From Patescibacteria group bacterium (lineage in GTDB: Bacteria > Patescibacteriota > Patescibacteriia > Buchananbacterales > UBA6539), in the NCBI GenBank assembly GCA_041649675.1, contig JBAZMQ010000005.1, forward strand, positions 9,635 to 73,634: 64,000 bases of DNA, written 5' to 3'. The notes under the pieces were generated by a model that worked only from the letters and a program-made list of their open reading frames with translations, ran no database searches and was not told where the DNA came from. How positions within the stretch are numbered: position 1 is the stretch's first letter; the number at the start of each line of letters is the position of its first letter. The position numbers were made by a program, and so were the translations under genes. Positions 18,233-27,169 of the stretch are shown here, in pieces.

Positions 18233-19594
18233 TTATTCTATGTCTTGACCCAAAGGATGAATTTCCACGGCTTTTTGAGTCGTTACGATTATATTGTACC
18301 ATTTATAACCAAATTTGGTAAACGCTTCCTGAGTTTTAACCCACCGCCGATAGCCGTCAGAAATCACATAAACTTTAGAGTCATTATCAGCCTTAACTAG
18401 TTCTCCGTCCTTAAATTTCAGCGGCGAACCGGTTTCATATTTGTCCAATTCTTCCAAGCTGACTTTAGTCGTTGTTCTTTTGCCAAAATTAGAAACCAGA
18501 ATTTCTTTAGAATAAATCGGCTCTTTAATTCCATTTTCCACATAATAAACTCCACCAGTTTTGTTATTTTGCAATAAAGCGCCGGTCGGATAAATACTGT
18601 TAGCTGTTAAATCTTGGCCATAGCTATAGCCAGCTAAATCATCGGCCGTTACCTCAATTGTTTCTTCCCAATTAAAGCCAAGGGTTTTGAATACTTCCAG
18701 CGAACTAATATAACGCAGTTCATCATTAACCAGCAAATAAGTTTTGCCATCCGGTAAATGAAGTAGCGAATAATTATGGAGTTTAATGGCCGGACCAATT
18801 TCATATTTTTCCAAATCGGCTTTGGCCACAATTAAAATTTTTCTAGGGTCAAACCGCGAGAGCAAAACTGAATAAGAAGTGATTAACCGTCTAATACCAT
18901 ATTGCAAAAACCAAACTTCGGGATTGTCATTAGTTTTTAATAATGAACCGTCGGGATAATTTTTACCCCAGTAATCCTGCCAAATTTGCCAAAAATGCAA
19001 ATTGCCCGAGTAATGTGGGGTGTAATTATACAAGCTGGCCGTGGCCTGATTGACCGGCGCGATTAAATAATTATCAATGCTGTAACTTTGGCCGATTTGA
19101 AAATTCCAGTTAAAGGGGCTGTCAAAATACTGCCGGAATTGCCAAGCCGCACCGTCAACTTGTTTGCCAAACCCCAAGGCCCGCGGATTACAAGCACTGC
19201 TATCCGGACAGCGATATCCCATGGCCTTGTCCAGCTGGTTTTGACTCGGGCTTGGATCAGTAATTAAACTTTGTTCTTTTTGCAAAGTGGCTAAAATTAA
19301 TTTAGGGCTGATCTGGCTTTCCTGGGCCGCCTGCCAAATAATTTCTGAGGCTTTTTTGCTTGTATTCTGATAATCCAAATAATATCCGCTGGCCAAAAAA
19401 CTGCCTTTCAGCTCCAAAAAATTTTGGATATCATTAATTGACATGCAGTCATAGTCAGTAACGTCTTCGTCGCTGATTATAAAATGGGGATTAAAAACAT
19501 AGTCTGCCGCCCGAACCGATAAACCGTTGGCGACAAACAATAAACTACTAATGATTAATATCTTTACAATCCGTTTCATAAAATTACTAAGCAC
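18233..19594 (-). CDS. Secreted protein: lysozyme-like N-domain + C-terminal repeats
   Basis: Signal peptide; ILATLQKEQSL, AMGYRCPD, LYNYTPH; repeated DG.L.K......VY.I..G..R modules. Confidence 0.7.
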   Translation of the reverse strand: MLSNFMKRIVKILIISSLLFVANGLSVRAADYVFNPHFIISDEDVTDYDCMSINDIQNFLELKGSFLASGYYLDYQNTSKKASEIIWQAAQESQISPKLILATLQKEQSLITDPSPSQNQLDKAMGYRCPDSSACNPRALGFGKQVDGAAWQFRQYFDSPFNWNFQIGQSYSIDNYLIAPVNQATASLYNYTPHYSGNLHFWQIWQDYWGKNYPDGSLLKTNDNPEVWFLQYGIRRLITSYSVLLSRFDPRKILIVAKADLEKYEIGPAIKLHNYSLLHLPDGKTYLLVNDELRYISSLEVFKTLGFNWEETIEVTADDLAGYSYGQDLTANSIYPTGALLQNNKTGGVYYVENGIKEPIYSKEILVSNFGKRTTTKVSLEELDKYETGSPLKFKDGELVKADNDSKVYVISDGYRRWVKTQEAFTKFGYKWYNIIVTTQKAVEIHPLGQDIE

Positions 19595-19712
19595 TAAATT
19601 CTAAATCCTAAACAAATCTCAATTTTTTAAACTACCAATTACAAATCGTTTGAAAAATTATAACTTGTAATTTATGATTTGTTTAGGATTTTAATATTAT
19701 AATTCAGAATTT
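19590..19712. repeat. 7-nt-periodic palindromic element (family A)
   Basis: AGCACTAAATTCTAAATCCTAAACAAATC...GATTTGTTTAGGATTT; inverted copy at 59056-59187. Confidence 0.8.
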
Positions 19713-19714
19713 GA

Positions 19715-20764
19715 TTAAAGATTACCACTAATTTTAGCATCACATTTTTGGCACTGCCCGTTTTGGTCAAACCGCTTAACTTGATAACCAGACCGGGCAA
19801 TTACGGTTTGGCCACATTGGCTACAATTTGTATCTTCCAGGCCTTGGCCAAAAATATTGCCACCATAGACATAATGCAGGCCAACCGCCTTACCAATTTG
19901 CCAGGCTTTTTTGAGATCAGCCGTTAAGGTCGGAGGAACTTTGGTTAGTTTGTAAACCGGATGAAAAGCTGAGACATGCCAAGGCGTATCGGCTCCCAAT
20001 TTATCTTTAATAAATTTGGCAATTTTAGTTAGCTCGTCACTACCTTCATTCAAAGTTGGAATTAACAAGGTGGTAACTTCCAACCAAATATTATTTTTCT
20101 TGTACCAAATTAGATTGTCCAAAACCGGCTGCAATTTTGCCCCACAAATTTTTTGGTAATTCTTTTCGGAAAAAAATTTCAAATCAATATTAACTGCCGC
20201 CAAATAAGGCTTGGCCATTTCTAAAGCCGCTTGGCTGGTATAACCATTTGAAACCCAAATATTTTTCAAACCATTTTTTACCGCCAACTTCATGCAGTCT
20301 AAGGCAAACTCAAAAAAAATCGTTGGTTCGGTATAAGTGTAGGCAATACTCTGGCAGTTTGACTTTAGCGCCAAGGAAACTATTTGTTCGGCAGTGACAT
20401 CAGAACCAGATATTGGTGGCAAAATTTTGGATTTTTCTTTTGGGGCCTGCGAGATATCGGCATTTTGACAATTGGCACAAGAAAAATTACAGCCAACCGT
20501 GGCAATTGAAAAAGCCTGCGAACCAGGCAAAAAATGGTAAAGCGGCTTTTTTTCGATCGGGTCAACGTTAGCGGCAATTACTTTGCCGTAAACTAAAGTC
20601 GCCAAAGTTCCGTCTAAATTTTCCCTAACACCGCACAAACCGCGCTTACCAGGCATAATTTGGCAACTCTGATGGCAGAGTTCGCAACCAATTTTATTGT
20701 CTGCCAATTTTTTATAAAATAAAGCTTCTCTCATAGTTTGATAATCATAGTTTGATAACGACAT
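19715..20764 (-). CDS. amrS: AmmeMemoRadiSam radical SAM enzyme
   Basis: DPIEKKPLYHFLPG, GCNFSCANCQN, YTYTEP, C-terminal CxxC pairs. Confidence 0.93.
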   Translation of the reverse strand: MSLSNYDYQTMREALFYKKLADNKIGCELCHQSCQIMPGKRGLCGVRENLDGTLATLVYGKVIAANVDPIEKKPLYHFLPGSQAFSIATVGCNFSCANCQNADISQAPKEKSKILPPISGSDVTAEQIVSLALKSNCQSIAYTYTEPTIFFEFALDCMKLAVKNGLKNIWVSNGYTSQAALEMAKPYLAAVNIDLKFFSEKNYQKICGAKLQPVLDNLIWYKKNNIWLEVTTLLIPTLNEGSDELTKIAKFIKDKLGADTPWHVSAFHPVYKLTKVPPTLTADLKKAWQIGKAVGLHYVYGGNIFGQGLEDTNCSQCGQTVIARSGYQVKRFDQNGQCQKCDAKISGNL

Positions 20765-20785
20765 TATAGCATTATTTACTCGATA

Positions 20786-20814
20786 TTGACAAAATTAAAA
20801 AACTATGCTATTAT
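20786..20814 (+). promoter_or_regulatory. Extended -10 sigma70-type promoter of orphan unit
   Basis: TTGACA-17 nt-(TGn)TATTAT. Confidence 0.75.
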
Positions 20815-20899
20815 AATAAGCTCTTTTAAAAAAGTTTTTCAATAGTGACGAGCGAATCAACAACTTCATCTTAAGATGAAATAATGGGAGAAAATTGGA

Positions 20900-21343
20900 A
20901 TGTGGACAGATGCACCTTTTAGATTGAAGCTTGATGCCAGTCAACCTAAAAACACCCCACACGGAATGATTAACGAATTTGCCCTTAGCGCAGAGCAGGC
21001 TCAAAACTTTCAATATAAGGGCAAATCGATTACCGGCCGGGGTACACAAATGTTTAGGCTGGTATGCGTCGGTAAACAACCCAATCTTGATGCGGTTTTG
21101 AGGGAGATTGAGGAAAAATACCATGTAGGTCGTGAACATCACCACGGTCAGTGGCTACAACCTTACGTTGGAAAGTTTAGAAAAAATTACCCTGCCTGGA
21201 TAGGTGTGCCTGACCCATCGTGGCGTGGACCAAATGGTCAACCCTGTTTCCCGTGCGTATTACCAGGAGGAGCCAAGGCCTTTCTTGTGGCCGATAAAGA
21301 ATTCGGCCGCGAATTCTTTTGGCTGATTCCCGTCTTGGAATAA
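20900..21343 (+). CDS. Orphan protein with a C-terminus resembling CLec-fold proteins
   Basis: GGGAG SD; ...DPSWRGPNGQPCFPCV...EFGREFFWLIPVLE. Confidence 0.6.
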   Translation: MWTDAPFRLKLDASQPKNTPHGMINEFALSAEQAQNFQYKGKSITGRGTQMFRLVCVGKQPNLDAVLREIEEKYHVGREHHHGQWLQPYVGKFRKNYPAWIGVPDPSWRGPNGQPCFPCVLPGGAKAFLVADKEFGREFFWLIPVLE

Positions 21344-21481
21344 CGTGCATGCCGCCGACATGTATTTGTTCTTAATTTATCTTGGTGGGATTGCAAGTTT
21401 GAATCGGCTAATCATCTAGCTTTCCTGCCACGAGAGATCGCCGTTTTCTACTCCGGCCGCGAAGACACATCTGTTTCAATA

Positions 21482-21595
21482 ATGGAGACAGACCAATTCG
21501 CGCAAACAACCTTTGAGGGTGAACAAGGCGAAAAGCTGCGTCGCCTGGGCGTAGTTACTCACGCCGAGTATAACGACGACGGTCGACCTAACTAA
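21482..21595 (+). CDS. Possible 37-aa ORF, or tail of an 83-codon in-frame extension (21344-21595) of the upstream gene
   Basis: METDQFAQTTFEGEQGEKLRRLGVVTHAEYNDDGRPN; followed by terminator 21603-21634. Confidence 0.35.
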   Translation: METDQFAQTTFEGEQGEKLRRLGVVTHAEYNDDGRPN

Positions 21596-21670
21596 ATTAT
21601 GCGAGCAGGAATCCAACAGGGTACCTGCTCTTTTCTTTAAAAAAACTTAAAAATCTGCTAGAATTGTTTC

Positions 21671-22231
21671 ATGACCAAACGCTGTTTTATTGCCATCAAT
21701 TTACCAAATTCGGTAAAAAATGAAATGGCAACTTTAATTACCAATCTAAAGCAAACCAATCCGAACCGAGCAATAAAATACGTTGATAGTTTAACCGGTC
21801 ATCTGACTTTACATTTTTTAGGATCTATAACTGACCGGCAGATTGAGCAGGTAAAAGAAATACTAAAAGCTAACTGTTTTGATTGTCAATCAACAAAATT
21901 AATTAGCAATAAAATCGGTGGTTTTCCTAATTTGGTCAAACCCCGGATAGTTTTTCTAGCCTGTCAAGAATTAGGGCAGGGGATTTTAAAAAATCTCCAA
22001 GCTAGACTAGGAACGGAATTAAAAAAAATTGGTTTGGCAGTTGATCATCGGCCTTGGCAGCCACATTTAACTTTGGCCCGGATTAAAGAATCCGAACAAT
22101 TCAAAATTGAGAATGTTATTGTTCCAAAATTTGAAATTTTAGTCAAAAGCCTTGAACTGATGGAAAGCCAGCTAAAACCAAGTGGTCCGGAGTACAAAAT
22201 TTTACAAAGCTTTAACCTTCTAAATTCCTAA
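21671..22231 (+). CDS. thpR: RNA 2',3'-cyclic phosphodiesterase (2H phosphoesterase)
   Basis: RCFIAI, HLTLHFLG, PHLTLAR, S.L...GP.Y. Confidence 0.92.
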   Translation: MTKRCFIAINLPNSVKNEMATLITNLKQTNPNRAIKYVDSLTGHLTLHFLGSITDRQIEQVKEILKANCFDCQSTKLISNKIGGFPNLVKPRIVFLACQELGQGILKNLQARLGTELKKIGLAVDHRPWQPHLTLARIKESEQFKIENVIVPKFEILVKSLELMESQLKPSGPEYKILQSFNLLNS

Positions 22232-22248
22232 TTCATAATTCTTCACCC

Positions 22249-22395
22249 ATGCGCGATCATTCTTCAAGAAAATATAACAAATCAAAGGTAACCCGCTATC
22301 GGACCAAGAGTCGCTACCGAGCCGACGGACCGCAAGAATTCCAACGGTTTCAATACAGCCAACCGCTGCCGCGGCAAAAAAAGCTAATTAAATAA
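22249..22395 (+). CDS. Unannotated 48-aa basic microprotein
   Basis: MRDHSSRKYNKSKVTRYRTKSRYRADGPQEFQRFQYSQPLPRQKKLIK; fills the gap, stop 4 nt before next ATG. Confidence 0.5.
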   Translation: MRDHSSRKYNKSKVTRYRTKSRYRADGPQEFQRFQYSQPLPRQKKLIK

Positions 22396-22399
22396 AACT

Positions 22400-23152
22400 A
22401 TGAGCAAGGTTGAAATTTTAGGCGTAAAAATAGACGATTTATCGCTGCAAGAAATTTTAGAACAAATTAACAAATTTTTGGATTCCAACAATCAGCACTA
22501 TATTGTTACACCAAATCCGGAATTTTTGGTGGCGGCCCAAAATAATAAGAAATTCAGAGACATTTTAAATTATGCTGATATCGCTGTTGCTGACGGCGTT
22601 GGACTGACTTATGCTGCCAAATTTTTTAAACAACGGCTGCAACGAATTACCGGCGTTGATTTAATCTGGTATATCTGTCAACTGGCTGAACAAAAAAGTT
22701 GTTCAGTTTATTTCCTTGGCGCGGCTGAATCAGTGGCCCAAAAAACCGCTGAGATTTTAAAAGAAGAATTTCCTAATCTAAAAATTGCCGGTGCCCAAAG
22801 CGGGGGACAGCTAATTGATCCAAAAATAGTTGATGAGAATTTAATTAAAGAAATTAATCAGACTGCACCACAGATTATTTTTGTTGCTTTGGGCCAGGTT
22901 AAACAAGAAGAATGGATTTTTCATCAGTTAGATAAACTGCCATCGGTTAAATTAGCCATGGGCGTTGGCGGAGCCTTTGATTATATTTCCGAAGCAGTCC
23001 CGCGCGCTCCCCAATACTTAAGAAAAATTGGCCTGGAATGGTTGTACCGCTTGATCAGAGAACCAAAAAGATGGCGCCGAATTGTTGATGCGGTAATTAT
23101 TTTTCCGTTACTAATAATAAAAATAATGGTACTTGCTAAAAAATATGACTAA
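22400..23152 (+). CDS. WecB/TagA/CpsF glycosyltransferase (GT26)
   Basis: VTPNPE, ADGVG, RITGVDL, GVGGAFD, RAP...GLEWLYRL.REP.R. Confidence 0.92.
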   Translation: MSKVEILGVKIDDLSLQEILEQINKFLDSNNQHYIVTPNPEFLVAAQNNKKFRDILNYADIAVADGVGLTYAAKFFKQRLQRITGVDLIWYICQLAEQKSCSVYFLGAAESVAQKTAEILKEEFPNLKIAGAQSGGQLIDPKIVDENLIKEINQTAPQIIFVALGQVKQEEWIFHQLDKLPSVKLAMGVGGAFDYISEAVPRAPQYLRKIGLEWLYRLIREPKRWRRIVDAVIIFPLLIIKIMVLAKKYD

Positions 23153-24578
23153 AAAAATAATAACTCGTTTTTCACCCAGTCCGACCGGCTTTTTACATAT
23201 CGGCGGCCTGCGCACCGCTTTGTATGGTTATCTTTTTGCTAAAAAAAATAACGGCCAATTCCTTTTACGAATTGAAGATACTGATCAAAGTCGAAAGGTT
23301 GAGGGTGCAACCGAAGGCCTACAAATCGTACTTAAAAAGTTTGGTTTGAATTGGGACAACAAAAAACCAATGATTCAGTCAGAAAGGCTGGATGTCTATA
23401 AAAAATATGCCGAACAATTGGTTGGGGCGGGCAAAGCTTATTATTGTTTTTGCACTCCCGAAAGGCTTGAGCAATTGCGCCAAGTTCAAACCGCCAGAAA
23501 ACTACCCCCAATGTATGACGGCAAATGTTGCAATTTGGCTGCCAAGCTAGCGGAAAAACAAATTGCCGACGGCAGGCCATATGTTATTCGTTTTAAAATG
23601 CCAAAAACTGGAATTACCGAATTTACCGATTTAATTCGCGGTAAAGTCAGTTTTGCTAACAACACTTTAGATGACCAAATCATTTTGAAATCAGACGGTT
23701 TTCCGACCTATCACTTAGCCTCCGTAGTGGATGATCACGAAATGGCAATTAGCCATGTTATTCGTGGCGAGGAATGGCTGCCTTCAACTCCCAAGCATAT
23801 CTTGCTTTATCAGGCTTTCGGCTGGGCAATACCAGAGTTTGCTCATTTACCATTACTGCTTAATTCTGACCGGTCAAAATTATCCAAACGCCAAGGCGAT
23901 GTCGCGGTTGAAGATTATTTGCAAAAAGGCTACTTGCCCCAGGCTTTATTAAATTTTGTTTTACTCTTGGGTTGGAATCCTGGCACCGACCAAGAAATTT
24001 TTAGTTTCTCAGAAATGATTAAAGCATTCAGTTTAGACAAAGTAAATAAGTCCGGTGCCGTATTTAATGTCCAGAAATTAGATTGGCTAAATGGTCATTA
24101 CCTTAGAGAAAAATCAGACGCTGAGCTGGCCAAACTTTGCCAACCTTATTTTGCGGCCGCGGGAATTCAAACTGACTTAAAAGCTCTGGAAAAAATCGTT
24201 AGTACCGAAAAAGACCGGATTAAAAAGTTGGAAGATATTGTTCCTAATACTCAATTTTTCTTTATCCAGCCCAAATATGAAGCGGACCTTTTGCTTTGGA
24301 AAAAACTGACTAAAAATGAAGTGGCTGATAATTTAAAAAGTTTAAAAGAAAAACTATCAGAAATTACCGACAGGAAATGGCAAATAAAAAACTTGGAAAA
24401 AGAAATTAAGGAACTGATTGCAAAAAAGGGGATTGGCACAGGGGATATGCTTTGGCCAATGCGAGTGGCTTTATCGGGCCTAAAAAATTCGCCCGGACCA
24501 TTTGAAATCACTTGGGCTCTAGGAAAAAAAGAAAGTTTGAATCGGATTGAATTAGCAATTAATAATCTTTTGGAATAA
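23145..24578 (+). CDS. gltX: Glutamate--tRNA ligase
   Basis: RFSPSPTGFLHIGG, LRIEDTD, KLSKR. Confidence 0.96.
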   Translation: MTKKIITRFSPSPTGFLHIGGLRTALYGYLFAKKNNGQFLLRIEDTDQSRKVEGATEGLQIVLKKFGLNWDNKKPMIQSERLDVYKKYAEQLVGAGKAYYCFCTPERLEQLRQVQTARKLPPMYDGKCCNLAAKLAEKQIADGRPYVIRFKMPKTGITEFTDLIRGKVSFANNTLDDQIILKSDGFPTYHLASVVDDHEMAISHVIRGEEWLPSTPKHILLYQAFGWAIPEFAHLPLLLNSDRSKLSKRQGDVAVEDYLQKGYLPQALLNFVLLLGWNPGTDQEIFSFSEMIKAFSLDKVNKSGAVFNVQKLDWLNGHYLREKSDAELAKLCQPYFAAAGIQTDLKALEKIVSTEKDRIKKLEDIVPNTQFFFIQPKYEADLLLWKKLTKNEVADNLKSLKEKLSEITDRKWQIKNLEKEIKELIAKKGIGTGDMLWPMRVALSGLKNSPGPFEITWALGKKESLNRIELAINNLLE

Positions 24579-24616
24579 AAAAAGTAGCCAAACGAGTCAT
24601 TTGACTACACCAATCA

Positions 24617-24808
24617 CTAATAAAGAACTGGGGTAGCAGGTTTTAATGCCTGCCAGACTTGCTCAAAGCTGAGGCAATGGCGTTGACCCCAAGCAATAGA
24701 AGCCTGAACCAATTGGTTCTTTTGATCACGGCCAACCAAAGGAGGGGTTAAGCCTGTTTTTTGATATTCATTTTCCTTCACAGTATTTCCTTTCACTAAA
24801 GGTTTCAA
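24617..24808 (-). CDS. Orphan small protein
   Basis: 63-aa ORF (TTG start) followed on - by hairpin + U-tract (24578-24608). Confidence 0.4.
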   Translation of the reverse strand: MKPLVKGNTVKENEYQKTGLTPPLVGRDQKNQLVQASIAWGQRHCLSFEQVWQALKPATPVLY

Positions 24809-24834
24809 TTTTCAACCAAGTCCTTGCCATTAAA

Positions 24835-25029
24835 TTAAAGGTTTGAAAACTGATATTGCTTCTTCAAAACATGAACTGCCTTGTTACACTTTCTGGCCAA
24901 TGCCAGCCAAGCCCGACTCCTAATCTTTCTTTGATTAGCATAATTTTTTACCAAAACTATAATCTTTTTTCCTCCCAGATTGGTTGGCTTTGGCATAAAA
25001 ACGACTCTTCTTCTGTTGCTACTTGGCAT
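24835..25029 (-). CDS. Orphan small basic protein (start MPSSNRR after GGGAGGA)
   Basis: SD GGGAGGA, minus-strand TTGACA at 25100-25105. Confidence 0.5.
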   Translation of the reverse strand: MPSSNRRRVVFMPKPTNLGGKKIIVLVKNYANQRKIRSRAWLALARKCNKAVHVLKKQYQFSNL

Positions 25030-25146
25030 ATCGGATCCTCCCGCAGTAGTCACAAACGGTTTAATTGCTTGATATTAAATTATATTGCTGCAGCTTTTTT
25101 GTCAATATTTTTGTAAAACCACCTAATTTATGCTATAATATCAATA

Positions 25147-26400
25147 ATGATAAAAAATAAAAACAAAAAAATAACCAAGCCCAAAATATTAGTTTTTTGT
25201 TTACTAATTAGCTTTTTTTTAGCTATTTTTTTTGTTGGCCATACATTTAAAGTCAACGCCCAAGACGATCTTAATGATTTGAATCAAAAAATTCAGGATA
25301 AAAAAAAGAATATAGATATTTTGCAAAAGGAAATAGATGCTTATAATGCCCAAATTAAAGAAAAACAAAGCCAGTCAAAAAGCTTAAAAAATCAGATTGC
25401 AATTATTGCTAATGAAATTGCCAGGATTAATTTAGATATTCAAGCAACCCAAGACCGAATTGAGCAGACTAATTTGGAAATTCAAAGTCTAAACATCCAA
25501 ATTCAGGATACAGAAAAAAAGATTACCAACAATAAAGATAAAATCGCCGAATATTTACGTTTAATTTATCACAACGACCAGATAAGCTATCTTGAGGTAA
25601 TGCTAACCAATGATTCTTTCTCTGATTTTTTTGATCAAATCAAATATACCGAAGAAATTCACAGCAATTTAAAAGCGACTTTGACTAAACTCCAAAATAG
25701 CAAAAAAGATTTGGAAACTCAAAAATCGCAATGGCAACAAAAAGCTGATTTGGAAAATAAACTTAAAGACCAACTCCAAGAACAAAAGTCTTCACTAGAC
25801 GAAAAAAGTAGCGCCCAACAAGTTCTTTTAATCCAAAACCGGCTTACTGAAAAACAATACAAATCTTATCTTTATCAACTGCAGGTTGAGCAGCAGCAAG
25901 TCAATGCCGACATTGTCAGTATGGAAAAAACTGTTAGGCAGAAATTAGCCGAGAGGGAAAGCCAGGATAAATTTAAGAATCTCGGCAATGCTTCCCTGGT
26001 ATGGCCAGTTAGTTCAGGCCGTGGTATTAGCGCCTATTTTCATGATCCCGATTATCCTTTCCGCTATATTTTTGAACATCCAGCAGTTGATATTCGCTGC
26101 AGTCAGGGCACGCCGATTAAAGCCGCCGAAGCCGGTTATGTGGCTAAAATCCAATTCAAAGGGGATACTAGCTATGGTTATATTATGCTTATTCATAACA
26201 ATGGTCTGTCAACGGTTTATGGCCATGTTTCTAAAGTCAATATTAAAGAAGATGAATATGTTAACAAGGGAGAAATAATTGGCTCAAGCGGTGCCACCCC
26301 TGGTACTGCCGGGGCGGGTAAAATGACTACTGGGCCGCATCTTCATTTTGAAGTACGTCTTAATGGTATTCCGGTTAACCCTTTAGACTACTTACCTTAA
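25147..26400 (+). CDS. Coiled-coil + M23 metallopeptidase (EnvC/PcsB-like)
   Basis: N-terminal TM, long coiled coil, HPAVD, TVYGH, GPHLHFEVR. Confidence 0.9.
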   Translation: MIKNKNKKITKPKILVFCLLISFFLAIFFVGHTFKVNAQDDLNDLNQKIQDKKKNIDILQKEIDAYNAQIKEKQSQSKSLKNQIAIIANEIARINLDIQATQDRIEQTNLEIQSLNIQIQDTEKKITNNKDKIAEYLRLIYHNDQISYLEVMLTNDSFSDFFDQIKYTEEIHSNLKATLTKLQNSKKDLETQKSQWQQKADLENKLKDQLQEQKSSLDEKSSAQQVLLIQNRLTEKQYKSYLYQLQVEQQQVNADIVSMEKTVRQKLAERESQDKFKNLGNASLVWPVSSGRGISAYFHDPDYPFRYIFEHPAVDIRCSQGTPIKAAEAGYVAKIQFKGDTSYGYIMLIHNNGLSTVYGHVSKVNIKEDEYVNKGEIIGSSGATPGTAGAGKMTTGPHLHFEVRLNGIPVNPLDYLP

Positions 26401-26407
26401 TAATCCT

Positions 26408-26806
26408 ATGAAACAAAGTGAATTTTTCACTAATTTAGGAATCTGGCTGATTGTCGCGGTAATTACATTTTTTTATTTTAATTACTTTGGCCAAATGCAA
26501 TCAATCGGGGATGCTATTGTTACGGCGTCACCAGCTTTGGTTTTTTTCGCCGGTGGTATTTTAATTTTTTCCCGTGATCAAAAAATTATTAAAAAAACCA
26601 AATTTGGTCCGGAATTTAGCCGGAATATAATACTAGATTGGGGCCAAGCCTTAAAACATGATACCTTAATTTATTTAATACCAATTTTGATTTTAGCTTT
26701 GCCCGTGATCATGGGTGAAAAAACAACAATCGCCACATTTGTTCAGTCAATAATTGCTTTTTTAAGTTTAACTTACCTTAAACTTATCTATTGGGGTGAA
26801 CTTTAA
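26408..26806 (+). CDS. Hypothetical 4-TM membrane protein
   Basis: Four hydrophobic segments. Confidence 0.7.
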   Translation: MKQSEFFTNLGIWLIVAVITFFYFNYFGQMQSIGDAIVTASPALVFFAGGILIFSRDQKIIKKTKFGPEFSRNIILDWGQALKHDTLIYLIPILILALPVIMGEKTTIATFVQSIIAFLSLTYLKLIYWGEL

Positions 26807-26821
26807 GCTGTGGATAAAAAT

Positions 26822-26877
26822 TTGACATTATTTTAAACTATTGATATTATTTAGATAGTTGTCTAAATATCTAAATC
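26822..26877 (+). promoter_or_regulatory. Promoter plus ArsR-type operator of sdpR-sdpI
   Basis: TTGACA-17 nt-TATTAT overlapped by inverted repeat TATTTAGA-N6-TCTAAATA (26848-26869). Confidence 0.7.
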
Positions 26878-26883
26878 TTTATA

Positions 26884-27159
26884 ATGACTTTGAATAAAAC
26901 TTTTCAAGCCTTATCCGATCCAACCAGAAGAAAAATTTTGCAATTACTGAAAAAAAAAGATCTTTCAGTTAATGAAATAGGGGAGAGTTTTGATATTACT
27001 TTGCCATCTCTTTCCCACCATTTAAATACTTTAAAAAACGCTGATTTGGTCAGCGCCGAAAGAAAAGGCCAACAAATGATTTATTCTTTAAATCTAAGTG
27101 TTTTTGAAGAAATTTCTGAAGAGCTTTATAATTTTTTTAATAAAACCAATAAAAAATAA
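26884..27159 (+). CDS. sdpR: ArsR/SmtB repressor, SdpR-like
   Basis: FQALSDPTRRKIL, SLSHHL..LK.ADLV..ERKGQ...YSLN; adjacent to SdpI. Confidence 0.85.
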   Translation: MTLNKTFQALSDPTRRKILQLLKKKDLSVNEIGESFDITLPSLSHHLNTLKNADLVSAERKGQQMIYSLNLSVFEEISEELYNFFNKTNKK

Positions 27160-27169
27160 TTTTAAATTT

